IMG/VR virus record: IMGVR_UViG_3300045988_100685
Strand: one strand, 5' to 3'
DNA from: a virus
DNA: 43,512 nucleotides
Part shown: positions 1 to 8,281 of the stretch, in pieces
Layout: every line of letters begins with the position of its first letter
How positions within the stretch are numbered: the stretch's first letter is position 1
The notes under the pieces: generated by a model
Told to the model about the DNA's origin: nothing
The model's database searches: none
Seen by the model: the letters and a program-made list of their open reading frames with translations, nothing else
Position numbers and translations under genes: made by a program

Positions 1-118
1 CAAAGGACACGCCGCCGCGCAGGGTAACGAGGGTCACGCCGCCGCGCAGGGTAACGAGGGTCACGCCGCCGCACAGGGCTACAAAGGACACGCCGCCGCG
101 CAGGGTTACGAGGGTCAC
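1..118 (+). repeat. 27-bp tandem repeat units encoding G-x-x-G-H-A-A-A-Q (continuation of 43365-43512)
   Basis: About 4.5 head-to-tail copies of ggywamrrrggwcacgccgccgcrcag are visible directly, and the last copy is degenerate. Confidence 0.9.
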
Positions 119-343
119 GCCTCTGTGGGCGGCAAAGATGCGATTGCCGCCGCCTTTGGCATAGAGGGCAAGGCGAGGGCTTGCCTTGGGTCTTGGATAA
201 TGCTTGCGGAGTGGAAATGCAAAAATGGAGAATGGCATATAGCCGATGTTAAGACCGCGAAGATAGACGGCGAAAAGCTGAAAGCGGACACTTGGTATGT
301 GCTTAAGAACGGAGAGTTTGACGAGGCGAGAGACTATTTTTGA
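1..343 (+). CDS. 3' part of the repeat-containing early protein that starts at 43050 (gene split by the window edge)
   Basis: The frame is open from nt 2 (KGHAAAQGNEGHAAAQ...) to the stop at 341-343. It is in phase with 43050-43512 once the 47-nt terminal overlap is merged. The C-terminal part is non-repetitive (GKDAIAAAFGIEGKARACLGSWIMLAEW...). Confidence 0.75.
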   Translation, partial: KGHAAAQGNEGHAAAQGNEGHAAAQGYKGHAAAQGYEGHASVGGKDAIAAAFGIEGKARACLGSWIMLAEWKCKNGEWHIADVKTAKIDGEKLKADTWYVLKNGEFDEARDYF

Positions 344-380
344 GAAAAAAATCTAAATAATAAACAAGGAGGACAAATCA

Positions 381-668
381 ATGGAAAAACAGAAATTTAT
401 CGTGAGGTGTGACAGAGCCGGAGTTTTTTACGGCGAAATTGAGGAGAGAAACGGCAGCGAGGTTAAGATGCGTAATGTCCGTTGCATTTGGTACTGGGAC
501 GGAGCGGCAACGCTTTTACAGCTTGCGGCAGAGGGCGTAACTAATCCTCAAAACTGCAAATTTACAATGACGGTCGATAGTCTCGAGGTACTGGACGCTA
601 TTGAGATTATGCCCTGCACCGCCGAGGCCATAAAGAGCATAGAGGGCGTGAAAGAATGGAAGAGATAA
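381..668 (+). CDS. Conserved phage hypothetical protein
   Basis: SD aaggagg lies 8 nt upstream of the ATG. The 95-aa ORF is globular-looking (FIVRCDRAGVFYGEI...WYWDGAATLLQLA) and resembles a small family seen in Firmicutes phages. Function is unknown. Confidence 0.6.
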   Translation: MEKQKFIVRCDRAGVFYGEIEERNGSEVKMRNVRCIWYWDGAATLLQLAAEGVTNPQNCKFTMTVDSLEVLDAIEIMPCTAEAIKSIEGVKEWKR

Positions 669-1228
669 AGGTTTTGGAGTTTATAAGCTCCGGCTCCGGC
701 GACGGCCTCGGCTCCGGCTCCGGCTCCGGCTCCGGCCTCGGCTACGACTACGGCTATGGCGACGGCTACGGCTTGAAGAGCATAAACGGTAAAAAAGTAC
801 ATGTGGCGGATGGTATTCCCACTACTATAAGTCATATACACGGAAATATCGCAAAAGGGACGATTGTAAATAATGACTTAACCGAAACACCGTGTTACAT
901 AGTCAAGGAGGGCAGATACTTTGCCCACGGAGAAACGCTTGCGGAAGCGAACGCCGCCTTGCGAGACAAGCTTTTTGAGGTGATGCCCACCGAGAAGCGT
1001 ATAGCGGCATTTTGGGAGTGCCACAAAAAAGGCGTTAAGTATCCTACCAAAGACTTTTTTGAGTGGCATCACAAGCTGACAGGCAGCTGCCTTATGGGCA
1101 GGCAGCAGTTTGCAAAAGACCACGGCGTTGACCTTGAGGGCAAGATGACGGTAGCAGAGTTTATAAAACTCACCAAAAACGCCTTTGGAGGAGAGATTAT
1201 AAAGAGATTGGAGGAGGACGAGCAATGA
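656..1228 (+). CDS. Hypothetical protein with N-terminal Gly/Ser/Tyr low-complexity tract
   Basis: 190-aa ORF with translationally coupled overlaps at both ends. Residues 11-40 read SGSGDGLGSGSGSGSGLGYDYGYGDGYG, and the C-terminal 140 aa are ordinary globular sequence. Confidence 0.6.
   Translation: MEEIKVLEFISSGSGDGLGSGSGSGSGLGYDYGYGDGYGLKSINGKKVHVADGIPTTISHIHGNIAKGTIVNNDLTETPCYIVKEGRYFAHGETLAEANAALRDKLFEVMPTEKRIAAFWECHKKGVKYPTKDFFEWHHKLTGSCLMGRQQFAKDHGVDLEGKMTVAEFIKLTKNAFGGEIIKRLEEDEQ
687..773 (+). repeat. GGCTCC/GGCTAC hexamer microsatellite inside CDS 656-1228
   Basis: Runs of ggctcc ggctcc ggctcc... followed by ggctac/ggctat units, all in frame. The tract is potentially length-variable. 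Confidence 0.8.
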
Positions 1229-1968
1229 CCGACATACAGATTTTTAAGAGCGAGCAATTCGGCGAGGTGAGGACGATTGCAAAGGACGGCGAGCCGTGGT
1301 TCGTGGCTGCTGATGTGTGCAAGGTTCTTGACCTGAGCAATCCGACGATAGCGGCGAGCCGCCTTGATGAGGACGAGCGGGCTAAGTTCAACTTAGGTCG
1401 TCAGGGCGAAACGACAATAGTCAGCGAAGCGGGCTTATACACGCTGGTGCTGGGAAGCAGAAAGCCGGAGGCGAAAGCTTTTAAGCGCTGGATAACCCAC
1501 GAGGTGATCCCGACCATCCGGCGGCACGGAGCATACGCCACGGAGACCACCATAGAGAGCATAATCGCAGACCCGGAGAGCGGCATAAAGCTGCTGCAAG
1601 CGCTGAAAGCGGAGCAGGAGCGCCGCAAGGAAGCCGAGAGCATAGCAAGGGCACAGCAGCCAAAGGTTTTGTTTGCGAACGCCGTAGCGGCAAGCAGCAC
1701 ATCGATACTTGTAGGCGAGCTGGCAAAGATACTGCGCCAAAACGGAGTGGAGACAGGACAAAACAGGCTTTTCCGCTGGATGCGGGACAACGGCTACATA
1801 ATGCGGTATACCAACGAGCCGACGCAGTACAGCATGGAGCGGGGGCTTATGGAGGTAAAGGAGCGCACAATAAACAACCCCGACGGCAGCGTGAGGATAA
1901 CACGCACGACAATGATATCCGGCAAGGGGCAGACATACTTTATCAACAAATTTTTGGGGGGCTGTTAA
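1225..1968 (+). CDS. Phage antirepressor (Bro-N domain plus KilAC/ANT C-terminal domain)
   Basis: N-terminus IQIFKSEQFGEVRTI..GEPWFVAADVCKVLDL.N...A..RLDEDE...GLYTLVL.SRKPEAKAFKRWITHEVIP is a classic Bro-N motif. The C-terminus LVGELAKIL...G..RLF.WMRDNGY matches the KilAC type. Confidence 0.9.
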   Translation: MTDIQIFKSEQFGEVRTIAKDGEPWFVAADVCKVLDLSNPTIAASRLDEDERAKFNLGRQGETTIVSEAGLYTLVLGSRKPEAKAFKRWITHEVIPTIRRHGAYATETTIESIIADPESGIKLLQALKAEQERRKEAESIARAQQPKVLFANAVAASSTSILVGELAKILRQNGVETGQNRLFRWMRDNGYIMRYTNEPTQYSMERGLMEVKERTINNPDGSVRITRTTMISGKGQTYFINKFLGGC

Positions 1969-2190
1969 ATGACACTTGAGGAGATAAAGAGGATGGACAA
2001 GGAGCTTTTGACGGTGCAGGACGTGGAGAAGCTGCTTAAAATCAACGGAACTACAATCCGCAAGGCGGCGAGGGAGGAGCCGGAGAAGCTGGGCTTCCCG
2101 GTGATGCTTTTCGGCAAGGGCGGCAAGCAGGTACGCATACCGCGCAGAGCATTCGTAAAATTTTTAGAGGGAGGCGGCGGCGATGGCTAA
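1969..2190 (+). CDS. Small excisionase/MerR-like helix-turn-helix DNA-binding protein
   Basis: 73 aa. LLTVQDVEKLLKINGTTIRKAARE followed by VRIPRRAFVKFLEG is typical of HTH_17/Xis-type proteins. The ORF starts directly after the stop of the upstream ORF. Confidence 0.55.
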   Translation: MTLEEIKRMDKELLTVQDVEKLLKINGTTIRKAAREEPEKLGFPVMLFGKGGKQVRIPRRAFVKFLEGGGGDG

Positions 2191-2437
2191 AAAGACACCG
2201 CATCGCCGAAGCAGGCTTGAAACAGAGCTTTTTGCGAACCGATACACCGAGGCGGATGTTGCAAAAGTTATAAAGCGCAGCGTGCCCTACATAAGCGACA
2301 GATTTAACGGCAGAGGGAGCTTTACCATAGACGAGGCATACAAGCTGCTTGAGCTGCTGGGGAGGGAGCCGGAAGAAATATTTACTTTCTTCCCGCCGGA
2401 ACAGAAAGGACGGTACAGACGGAATGAAAAGGATTGA
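2183..2437 (+). CDS. Small hypothetical protein, possible HTH
   Basis: 84-aa ORF that overlaps the upstream stop. The segment YTEADVAKVIKRSVPYISDRFNGRGSFTIDEAYKLLELLG looks like a short XRE-like HTH. Confidence 0.45.
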   Translation: MAKKTPHRRSRLETELFANRYTEADVAKVIKRSVPYISDRFNGRGSFTIDEAYKLLELLGREPEEIFTFFPPEQKGRYRRNEKD

Positions 2438-2660
2438 CATTATAACGGCGGTTATCGCCTTTTGCCTTATAGTTTTGATATTCGGGGCTATAGGAGGAGT
2501 AGACAACGAGACTCTTTCCGTGGGCGAGGGCATCGGGGCTGTGCTGGGGCTGACGGCGCTGCTGTTGGCTGACATAAGGATAAGCGACGCGCTTAAAAAA
2601 AGAGAAAGAAAGCGCATCAGAGCAAGGGAACGCCTAAACGAAATGAAAAAGGGGGCGTAA
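2424..2660 (+). CDS. Small membrane protein (two predicted TM helices)
   Basis: An internal ATG of track ORF 2349-2660 was chosen. The protein has two hydrophobic segments (IDIITAVIAFCLIVLIFGAIGG and IGAVLGLTALLLADI) and a basic C-terminal tail. Confidence 0.4.
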   Translation: MKRIDIITAVIAFCLIVLIFGAIGGVDNETLSVGEGIGAVLGLTALLLADIRISDALKKRERKRIRARERLNEMKKGA

Positions 2661-2664
2661 AGCC

Positions 2665-2925
2665 ATGGCGAAAAGGTGCAAGGGCTGCATACATCACCGC
2701 AAATTACAGTATTGCAGCACAACGCTTGCGTGCCACTACTGCATAGACACAGGCATGCTGCGCGGATGCAACCCGGAGGAATGCACACATTACTGCGATG
2801 ACCCGGAGAAGCTGAAAAAGATTTTGCGGGCGCAGAAAGAAGAAACCTTTGACAAAGCTTTCGGCAAGATGGGAGAGAGGAAAAGTTTCTGCTATCGCTT
2901 TGACGTGGAACCGTATTACGATTGA
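2665..2925 (+). CDS. Cys-rich small protein (possible zinc-binding)
   Basis: 86 aa with CKGC...C..C..C...C..C spacing. Function is unknown. Confidence 0.45.
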   Translation: MAKRCKGCIHHRKLQYCSTTLACHYCIDTGMLRGCNPEECTHYCDDPEKLKKILRAQKEETFDKAFGKMGERKSFCYRFDVEPYYD

Positions 2926-2962
2926 AAATATTAACAAAAATTATACAAGGAGTAATATTTTT

Positions 2963-3901
2963 ATGATTACGAAAACACCTATTAAGGACATGAGCCGCGA
3001 AGAATGGCTTGCAGAAAGAAACAAATCCATAGGAGGCAGCGACGCCGGAACGATCCTCGGCTTTAACAAGTGGAACAGCCCCTACGCCCTGTGGGCGGAG
3101 AAGAGCGGAAAGCTTGTGCCGGAGGACATAAGCGACCGGGAGGCCGTTCGTCTGGGCAACGACCTTGAGCAGTATGTGGCAAGCCGCTTTGAGGAGGCGA
3201 CCGGCAAAAAGGTACACCGGTGCAACTACATCATCCGCAACGACAAATTCCCCTTTGCCCACGCCAACGTTGACCGTATGGTCTACGGCGAAAACGCAGG
3301 GCTTGAATGCAAGACCACAAGCAATTACGAGTACGCAAAGCTTTTGGAGAGCGGGAGATTCCCGGAGACCTGGCTTTGCCAAATGACGCACTACATGGCG
3401 GTGACGGAGTCCGACCACTGGTATTTGGCGGCGCTGGTATTCGGCAAGGGCTTTTACTGGTTCGAGGTAAAGCGCGAGGACAGCGAGTGCGCCGCCCTGA
3501 TGGCGGTGGAAGCCGACTTTTGGGAGAGAGTGACCCACAACGCGCCTCCGGCGATTGACGGCGCAGAGGCCACCACAGAGGCGCTCAGGACGGTATTCCC
3601 GGAATCAGACGAGGGCAGAGCGGTTGATCTTTCCGGCTTTGCGGCAAATCTTGAGCTTTACAACGCGCTGGGCAGACAGATAAAGGAGCTTGAGGAGCAG
3701 AGAGACACCCAGGCAAACTACATCAAGGGCTTTATGGGCAGCGCGGAAAAAGGCGAGGCGGGCAATTACAGCGTAAGCTGGAAAAGCCAGAGCCGGAGCA
3801 CCTTTGACCGCAAAAAATACGAGCAGGCCTGCGGCGCAATTCCGCAGGAGTTCTTCAAAACATCCACATTCAGAGCATTCAAAATCACCGAAAGGAGCTA
3901 A
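2963..3901 (+). CDS. YqaJ-like (lambda Exo-type, PD-(D/E)XK) recombination exonuclease
   Basis: ATG at 2963 with SD aaggag 11 nt upstream, preferred over the track start at 2849. Motifs SIGGSDAGTILG.NKW.SPYALWAEKSG and NVDRMV...GLECKT are characteristic of YqaJ viral recombinase exonucleases. The gene is paired with RecT downstream. Confidence 0.9.
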   Translation: MITKTPIKDMSREEWLAERNKSIGGSDAGTILGFNKWNSPYALWAEKSGKLVPEDISDREAVRLGNDLEQYVASRFEEATGKKVHRCNYIIRNDKFPFAHANVDRMVYGENAGLECKTTSNYEYAKLLESGRFPETWLCQMTHYMAVTESDHWYLAALVFGKGFYWFEVKREDSECAALMAVEADFWERVTHNAPPAIDGAEATTEALRTVFPESDEGRAVDLSGFAANLELYNALGRQIKELEEQRDTQANYIKGFMGSAEKGEAGNYSVSWKSQSRSTFDRKKYEQACGAIPQEFFKTSTFRAFKITERS

Positions 3902-3906
3902 GTACA

Positions 3907-4452
3907 ATGACAGCACCCTGCAATTTGGTCGGTCAGCGCTTTGGCAGGCTCACCGTGGTTTCGGCAGCGGGCAGTAAGGGAGGAAAGAAAATATGGAAAT
4001 GTAAATGCGACTGCGGAAATTATACCGTTGTAACATCTTCAGACCTCAATAACGGTCATACATCTTCTTGCGGATGCTTTCACAGGGAACGCTGCGCAGA
4101 AACTCTTAGAGGCATATCTTCCGGAAGATTCGGAAAGCAAAATCCTGCTTATAAACACGGCGGTAGAAACACGAAGCTTTATTGGGTGTGGAGCTGCATG
4201 AAACAGCGCTGTGAAAATCCCAACAATAAGAGATTTGCCGGATGGGGCGGACGCGAAATTAAAGTCTGTGATGAATGGCACGAATTTTCAGCGTTTCAGG
4301 AATGGGCTCTTTCCTCTGGCTACAGGGAGGGGCTAACTATCGACAGAATAAACAATGACGGAAACTATTGCCCTGAAAACTGCAGATGGGCAACAGTAAA
4401 AGAGCAAAACAACAATAAACGAAAATACAAAAGGAGGACGCAGAATGTCTGA
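3907..4452 (+). CDS. HNH homing-type endonuclease
   Basis: N-terminal VGQRFGRLTVV...W.CKCDCGN....SCGC zinc-finger-like region. The C-terminal motif LTIDRINNDGNYCPENCRWATVKEQNNNKR is of the HNH_3 type. Confidence 0.8.
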   Translation: MTAPCNLVGQRFGRLTVVSAAGSKGGKKIWKCKCDCGNYTVVTSSDLNNGHTSSCGCFHRERCAETLRGISSGRFGKQNPAYKHGGRNTKLYWVWSCMKQRCENPNNKRFAGWGGREIKVCDEWHEFSAFQEWALSSGYREGLTIDRINNDGNYCPENCRWATVKEQNNNKRKYKRRTQNV

Positions 4453-5257
4453 TATTATTCAAAAAGCAGCTCAAACAAAGGTTGCGGCTTCAAACGAAAA
4501 GAAAACAATGCAAAGCTATGTCCGCTCTATGGAGGGTGAAATTGCAAAGGCACTACCCTCCGTTATTACGCCGGAAAGATTCAGCAGGATGGTGCTGTCT
4601 GCAATCAGTACTACCCCAAAGCTTGCATCCTGCACGCCGCAGAGCTTCCTCGGCGCAATGATGACGAGTGCACAGCTCGGCTTGGAGGTAAATACGCCGC
4701 TCGGGCAGGCATACCTAATCCCCTATGACAACCAACGCAAGGGCGTGACGGAGTGCCAGTTCCAGCTTGGTTATAAAGGGCTTATCGACCTTGCGTACCG
4801 CAGCGGCGAGGTGAGCATTATCCAGGCGCACGAGGTTTACGAGAACGACGATTTTGACTATGAGCTGGGCATGGAACCGAGGCTTCGGCACATTCCCGCG
4901 AGGAAGAACAGGGGCAAGGTTATCTACTACTATGCAATGTTTAAGACCAAGGACGGCGGCTACGGCTTTGACGTGATGAGCATTGAGGACGTGCAGGCGC
5001 ACGCAAAAAAATACTCCAAGGCATACGGCAGCGGACCGTGGCAGACGAACTTCGACGAAATGGCGAAAAAGACAGCGCTGAAAAAAGTGCTGAAATACGC
5101 GCCCCTTAAATCCGACTTTGTTCGGGCGGCGGCACAGGACGGAAGCATTAAAACCGAGATTGACGCGGATATGTACAGTGTGCCCGCCGAGGAGATCCCC
5201 TATGTGGAGGTGGACGAGAACGGCGAGGTAATGAACGACGAGGAGCAAAAGCAATAA
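4445..5257 (+). CDS. recT: RecT family single-strand annealing recombinase
   Basis: ITPERFSRMVLSAISTTPKL..CTPQSFLGAMMTSAQLGLE.....QAYLIPY......C.FQLGYKGLIDLAYRSG and PW......MAKKTALKKVLKYAP are textbook RecT motifs. Confidence 0.92.
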   Translation: MSDIIQKAAQTKVAASNEKKTMQSYVRSMEGEIAKALPSVITPERFSRMVLSAISTTPKLASCTPQSFLGAMMTSAQLGLEVNTPLGQAYLIPYDNQRKGVTECQFQLGYKGLIDLAYRSGEVSIIQAHEVYENDDFDYELGMEPRLRHIPARKNRGKVIYYYAMFKTKDGGYGFDVMSIEDVQAHAKKYSKAYGSGPWQTNFDEMAKKTALKKVLKYAPLKSDFVRAAAQDGSIKTEIDADMYSVPAEEIPYVEVDENGEVMNDEEQKQ

Positions 5258-5272
5258 AGGAGGGCACGCCTT

Positions 5273-5959
5273 ATGGCTGAGAGAAGGTGCTTTTGCATGA
5301 GCATAGTGGACAGCGACGCATTCATGGAGATGCCGCTGTCCACACAGTGCTTTTACTTCCACCTTGGGATGAGGGCGGACGATTACGGTTTTGTTAACAA
5401 TCCCCGGCGCATTGCTAAGCTTGTGGGCGCTTCCGACGACGACTTTAAGCTGCTGGTATCAAAGCGGTTCCTGCTGCTCTTTGACAACGGCGTGGTGGTC
5501 ATAAAGCACTGGCGGATGAATAACAACTTGCGTGACGACAGGCTTAAAGCGCCGCAATACCCTGATGTAGCAGCAAAGGTCTTTATCAAGGACAACGGAA
5601 GCTACACGGAAATACCGCACGATGGGCTTATTTCCCTTATGGATTTGTTCACTCATAAACAAATGACAGGCAAATGTCTGGCAGATGACAGACAAATGAC
5701 AGGCAAATGTCCGCATTGGCTCGGCGAAATCAAAAAGCTTATGGTAGAGCAGGGCGTAAACATCACTTTGGACGAGCTTGAAAGGCTGCGGTTCAACGAA
5801 AACGAGGTGATGGAAGCCCTGAGCGGGCTTACCCACGTCACCTGCGAGGACTGGTACGATACAGGCTATGCACTGGGCAGAGCACGGGGCTGGAACGACT
5901 GCCTCGATGAAATAAAAAAATTATTGGAGGGACAGAACGATGGATCAAAAGATAGCTGA
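5273..5959 (+). CDS. Phage replisome organizer / replication initiator-like protein
   Basis: N-terminal domain SIVDSDAFMEMPLSTQCFYFHLGMRADDYGFVNNPRRIAKLVGASDDDFKLLVSKRFLL.FDNGVVVIKHWRMNN resembles the replisome-organizer N-terminal domain. The gene contains phased direct repeats (see 5659-5711). Confidence 0.7.
   Translation: MAERRCFCMSIVDSDAFMEMPLSTQCFYFHLGMRADDYGFVNNPRRIAKLVGASDDDFKLLVSKRFLLLFDNGVVVIKHWRMNNNLRDDRLKAPQYPDVAAKVFIKDNGSYTEIPHDGLISLMDLFTHKQMTGKCLADDRQMTGKCPHWLGEIKKLMVEQGVNITLDELERLRFNENEVMEALSGLTHVTCEDWYDTGYALGRARGWNDCLDEIKKLLEGQNDGSKDS
5659..5711 (+). repeat. Direct repeats inside the replisome organizer gene (candidate origin iterons)
   Basis: ACAAATGACAGGCAAATGTC occurs twice (5659-5678 and 5692-5711, period 33 nt). 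The core ATGACAG occurs at 5663, 5685 and 5696 (spacings 22 and 11 nt). Confidence 0.6.
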
Positions 5960-6491
5960 ATGCCACAACCAAATACAGGAGGGTCTTGGATATTTGATGC
6001 TAAGGGCAAAATATGCAAACGACGAGCTCAAGCAATATGAGGCACTTAAAAAGGGGCTTGAAGAGCTACTGACTCATTACATGGGCACTCCTGATTGGAA
6101 CGAGCAATTCTATTATGATGCAGGATTGCGCAAGGGCTGGAACACAGCCCTTGACGAAATAAAAAAATTATTGGAGGGCACGACAATGGCAGATGTAAAT
6201 CCGAAGAAAGACAGAAGATTTGAAACAGTCAGCAAAGAGGGCAACACGACAATTATGCGCGTTGCTTCCGACAAACCACAGCCGAAGTGTTACGGGCACT
6301 ACAAAAAGATTGATCCGTGCGATGACAATGACAATGTCGGCAAGGTTCTCGAGGCGCTTGAAGATGCAATTAAAGGCATTTCCAACTTGCACGATGATGG
6401 CTTAGCGCACAAGGTCGAGTCTTTTACGCTTGTTATCAAAGATGAATCCATCGGCTGGAAAGCAGACATCCGGGGAGGCGAAAACAAATGA
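5940..6491 (+). CDS. Hypothetical protein whose N-terminal half duplicates the C-terminus of the replisome organizer
   Basis: 183 aa. The segment GWNTALDEIKKLLEG mirrors GWNDCLDEIKKLLEG of the upstream protein. The start overlaps the upstream ORF and is preceded by SD ggaggg. Confidence 0.5.
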   Translation: MDQKIAECHNQIQEGLGYLMLRAKYANDELKQYEALKKGLEELLTHYMGTPDWNEQFYYDAGLRKGWNTALDEIKKLLEGTTMADVNPKKDRRFETVSKEGNTTIMRVASDKPQPKCYGHYKKIDPCDDNDNVGKVLEALEDAIKGISNLHDDGLAHKVESFTLVIKDESIGWKADIRGGENK

Positions 6492-6673
6492 TTGAATTTT
6501 GGGCAGGAACGGTTTTGGGCGTGGCGATTTGGAGCGCGCTGAGCATGCTGAAAGAGCTTTGGAGGATATGGATGATGGACAAAATGACCGAAAAAATCCA
6601 AATGACCGAGCTTATGAAAATGCGCAGGATCGAAAAGGAGGAAAAGCACGATGATGACGAAGGACGAAATTGA
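6488..6673 (+). CDS. Small hypothetical membrane protein
   Basis: 61 aa with an N-terminal hydrophobic helix (FWAGTVLGVAIWSALSML) and a charged tail. The start forms an ATGA overlap with the upstream stop. Confidence 0.4.
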   Translation: MIEFWAGTVLGVAIWSALSMLKELWRIWMMDKMTEKIQMTELMKMRRIEKEEKHDDDEGRN

Positions 6674-6833
6674 CGCTTTTTGCGAGAAGTGCCCGGACTG
6701 CGGCAAGAGAGAGTGCAGCAGGATCGACAAATGCGCTAAGTGCAGCAGGGTTTGCGGCTGCATGGAGGTCTGCGTGCTGGAGCACAAGGGCTTCACATTC
6801 GCCGCGCCAAGCCTTGAGAGGAGGAGAACATGA
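6651..6833 (+). CDS. Cys-rich small protein
   Basis: 60 aa with a CEKCPDCGKRECSRIDKCAKCSRVCGC pattern. Function is unknown. Confidence 0.4.
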   Translation: MMTKDEIDAFCEKCPDCGKRECSRIDKCAKCSRVCGCMEVCVLEHKGFTFAAPSLERRRT

Positions 6834-7114
6834 ACGAATACAGGTTCCGGCAATGCCCGAAGGACGGGAATATACAGTGCAATAAGAGCAAAGACAAATG
6901 CGACGGATGCCCCATAGCAAAAGCCGCGCCCGCTCCGACGGAGGGAAAAGAAATTCGGCGGATGACAAACCCAAAGATAGCCGCGCGGCTTAGGGCTTAT
7001 ATTGCTGCCGGAGAGGCGGACAGCACGGAGCTGATGTACGAGAAGCTTTCCCGGTACGAGGACACAGGGCTTGAGCCGGAGGAAATACTAATCAGATGGG
7101 AGAGGACAAGATGA
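6830..7114 (+). CDS. Hypothetical protein
   Basis: 94-aa ORF with ATGA overlaps at both ends and a Cys-containing N-terminus (CPKDGNIQCNKSKDKCDGC). Confidence 0.45.
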   Translation: MNEYRFRQCPKDGNIQCNKSKDKCDGCPIAKAAPAPTEGKEIRRMTNPKIAARLRAYIAAGEADSTELMYEKLSRYEDTGLEPEEILIRWERTR

Positions 7115-7608
7115 ATTATGTGTGCTTATGCGGAAGGATAGGAAGCGACATCGAGCTTAAAAAGACCCAGAGCGGAGTATCGGTCATAAAATTCCCTTTG
7201 GCGGTTGACAGGCGGTATCAGCAGGACGGCGAGCGCATCACAGACTGGATTGACATAGAGGCCTGGCGCAGCACAGCGGAATTTATCGAAAAGTGGTTTG
7301 CCAAGGGCGACCCGATAATCCTTTGCGGCGAAATCCGGACGAGCGTTTGGACGGACAATGAAGGCAGCAAGCACAAGCGCGCTTATATGATGGCAAATGC
7401 CGCCGAGTTCGTACCGCAGAAGAAGAAACAGGACGCAAACGTGTTGAGCACGAACGCAGACGGGCAAGGAGCGACTTTCGCACCAAAGGCGGGAACTTTG
7501 CCGCCCACGAGCGAAAATGCAATACAGAGCCGCACAGCCGCATTTCCGACGAACCCAACAAAGGAGTGGGAACAGGTACAGCTGGAGGAAGAGGATCTTC
7601 CGTTCTGA
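7111..7608 (+). CDS. ssb: Single-stranded DNA-binding protein
   Basis: OB-fold N-terminus (NYVCLCGRIGSDIELKKTQSGVSVIKFPLAVDR...WIDIEAW...AE). A disordered linker leads to the acidic tail EEEDLPF, typical of bacterial and phage SSB proteins. Confidence 0.9.
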   Translation: MNYVCLCGRIGSDIELKKTQSGVSVIKFPLAVDRRYQQDGERITDWIDIEAWRSTAEFIEKWFAKGDPIILCGEIRTSVWTDNEGSKHKRAYMMANAAEFVPQKKKQDANVLSTNADGQGATFAPKAGTLPPTSENAIQSRTAAFPTNPTKEWEQVQLEEEDLPF

Positions 7609-7623
7609 GGGAGGTAACGCCGA

Positions 7624-7854
7624 ATGAGCAAGGGCAAGCATTTTTCCGAGGCGAAGTGCCCCTTTTATCGGAGCGACGCAGACAAAACGCTGCTTTGCGA
7701 GGGCGCGCCGAGCGGAACGGTAATGAAAATAGTGTTCCCTACCGCGGCGCGCGCGCTGCGGTACTTTAGGCGTTACTGCGCCGGGGATTACACAAAATGC
7801 GCTATGAACCGCATGCTTGAGGACAAATACGCGCCGACGGAGGGCGAGGAATGA
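7624..7854 (+). CDS. Hypothetical Cys-containing protein
   Basis: 76-aa ORF (KCPFYRSD...LLCEG...YCAGDYTKC). Function is unknown. Confidence 0.45.
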   Translation: MSKGKHFSEAKCPFYRSDADKTLLCEGAPSGTVMKIVFPTAARALRYFRRYCAGDYTKCAMNRMLEDKYAPTEGEE

Positions 7855-8222
7855 AAGCAAATTTTACGATAAACGGCAAGCTTCCGGGGCTCAATGACTA
7901 CACGCTGGACTGCAGACGCAACGCTTACAGCGGGGCTCAGATGAAGCGCATAGCTCAGGAGCGCTGCATGTGGAGCGCGAAGCAGCAATGCAAAGCCAAG
8001 TTTACAAAGCCGGTATGGATATACTACGACTTTTACGAGCCTGACCGCCGCCGAGACAAAAGCAATGTGGCGGCGTTTGCGATTAAAGTTATCGAGGACG
8101 CTATGGTGCAGCTCCAGATTATCCACGATGACGGCTGGAAGTACATCGAAAATTATACTCAGAGTTTTAACATCGACAAAGCTCGTCCGAGGATTGAGGT
8201 TTACATCACTGACGAGATTTGA
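7851..8222 (+). CDS. rusA: RusA-like Holliday junction resolvase
   Basis: 123 aa. The segment PDRRRDKSNVAAFAIKVIEDAMVQLQIIHDDGW matches the RusA acidic catalytic pattern (D-x-x-N ... D ... DD). Confidence 0.75.
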   Translation: MKANFTINGKLPGLNDYTLDCRRNAYSGAQMKRIAQERCMWSAKQQCKAKFTKPVWIYYDFYEPDRRRDKSNVAAFAIKVIEDAMVQLQIIHDDGWKYIENYTQSFNIDKARPRIEVYITDEI

Positions 8223-8281
8223 AGAAAATATGTAAACAAAAAGCCCCGAAGGGTTAAACTTGACGATAAGGAGATTTTATA

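Noticed and set aside
2051-3538. 495-aa ORF on the - strand. The same pattern is seen at 14313-15686, 16375-17988, 19898-20926, 26373-27560, 28317-29456, 37327-38289 and 43047-43502.
   Set aside because: All lie antisense to + strand genes with clear family signatures (YqaJ exonuclease, capsid, fibre, giant protein, endolysin, repeat protein). Their products are Arg/Cys/Leu-rich with no motifs and no SD. They are shadow ORFs of a stop-poor antisense frame.
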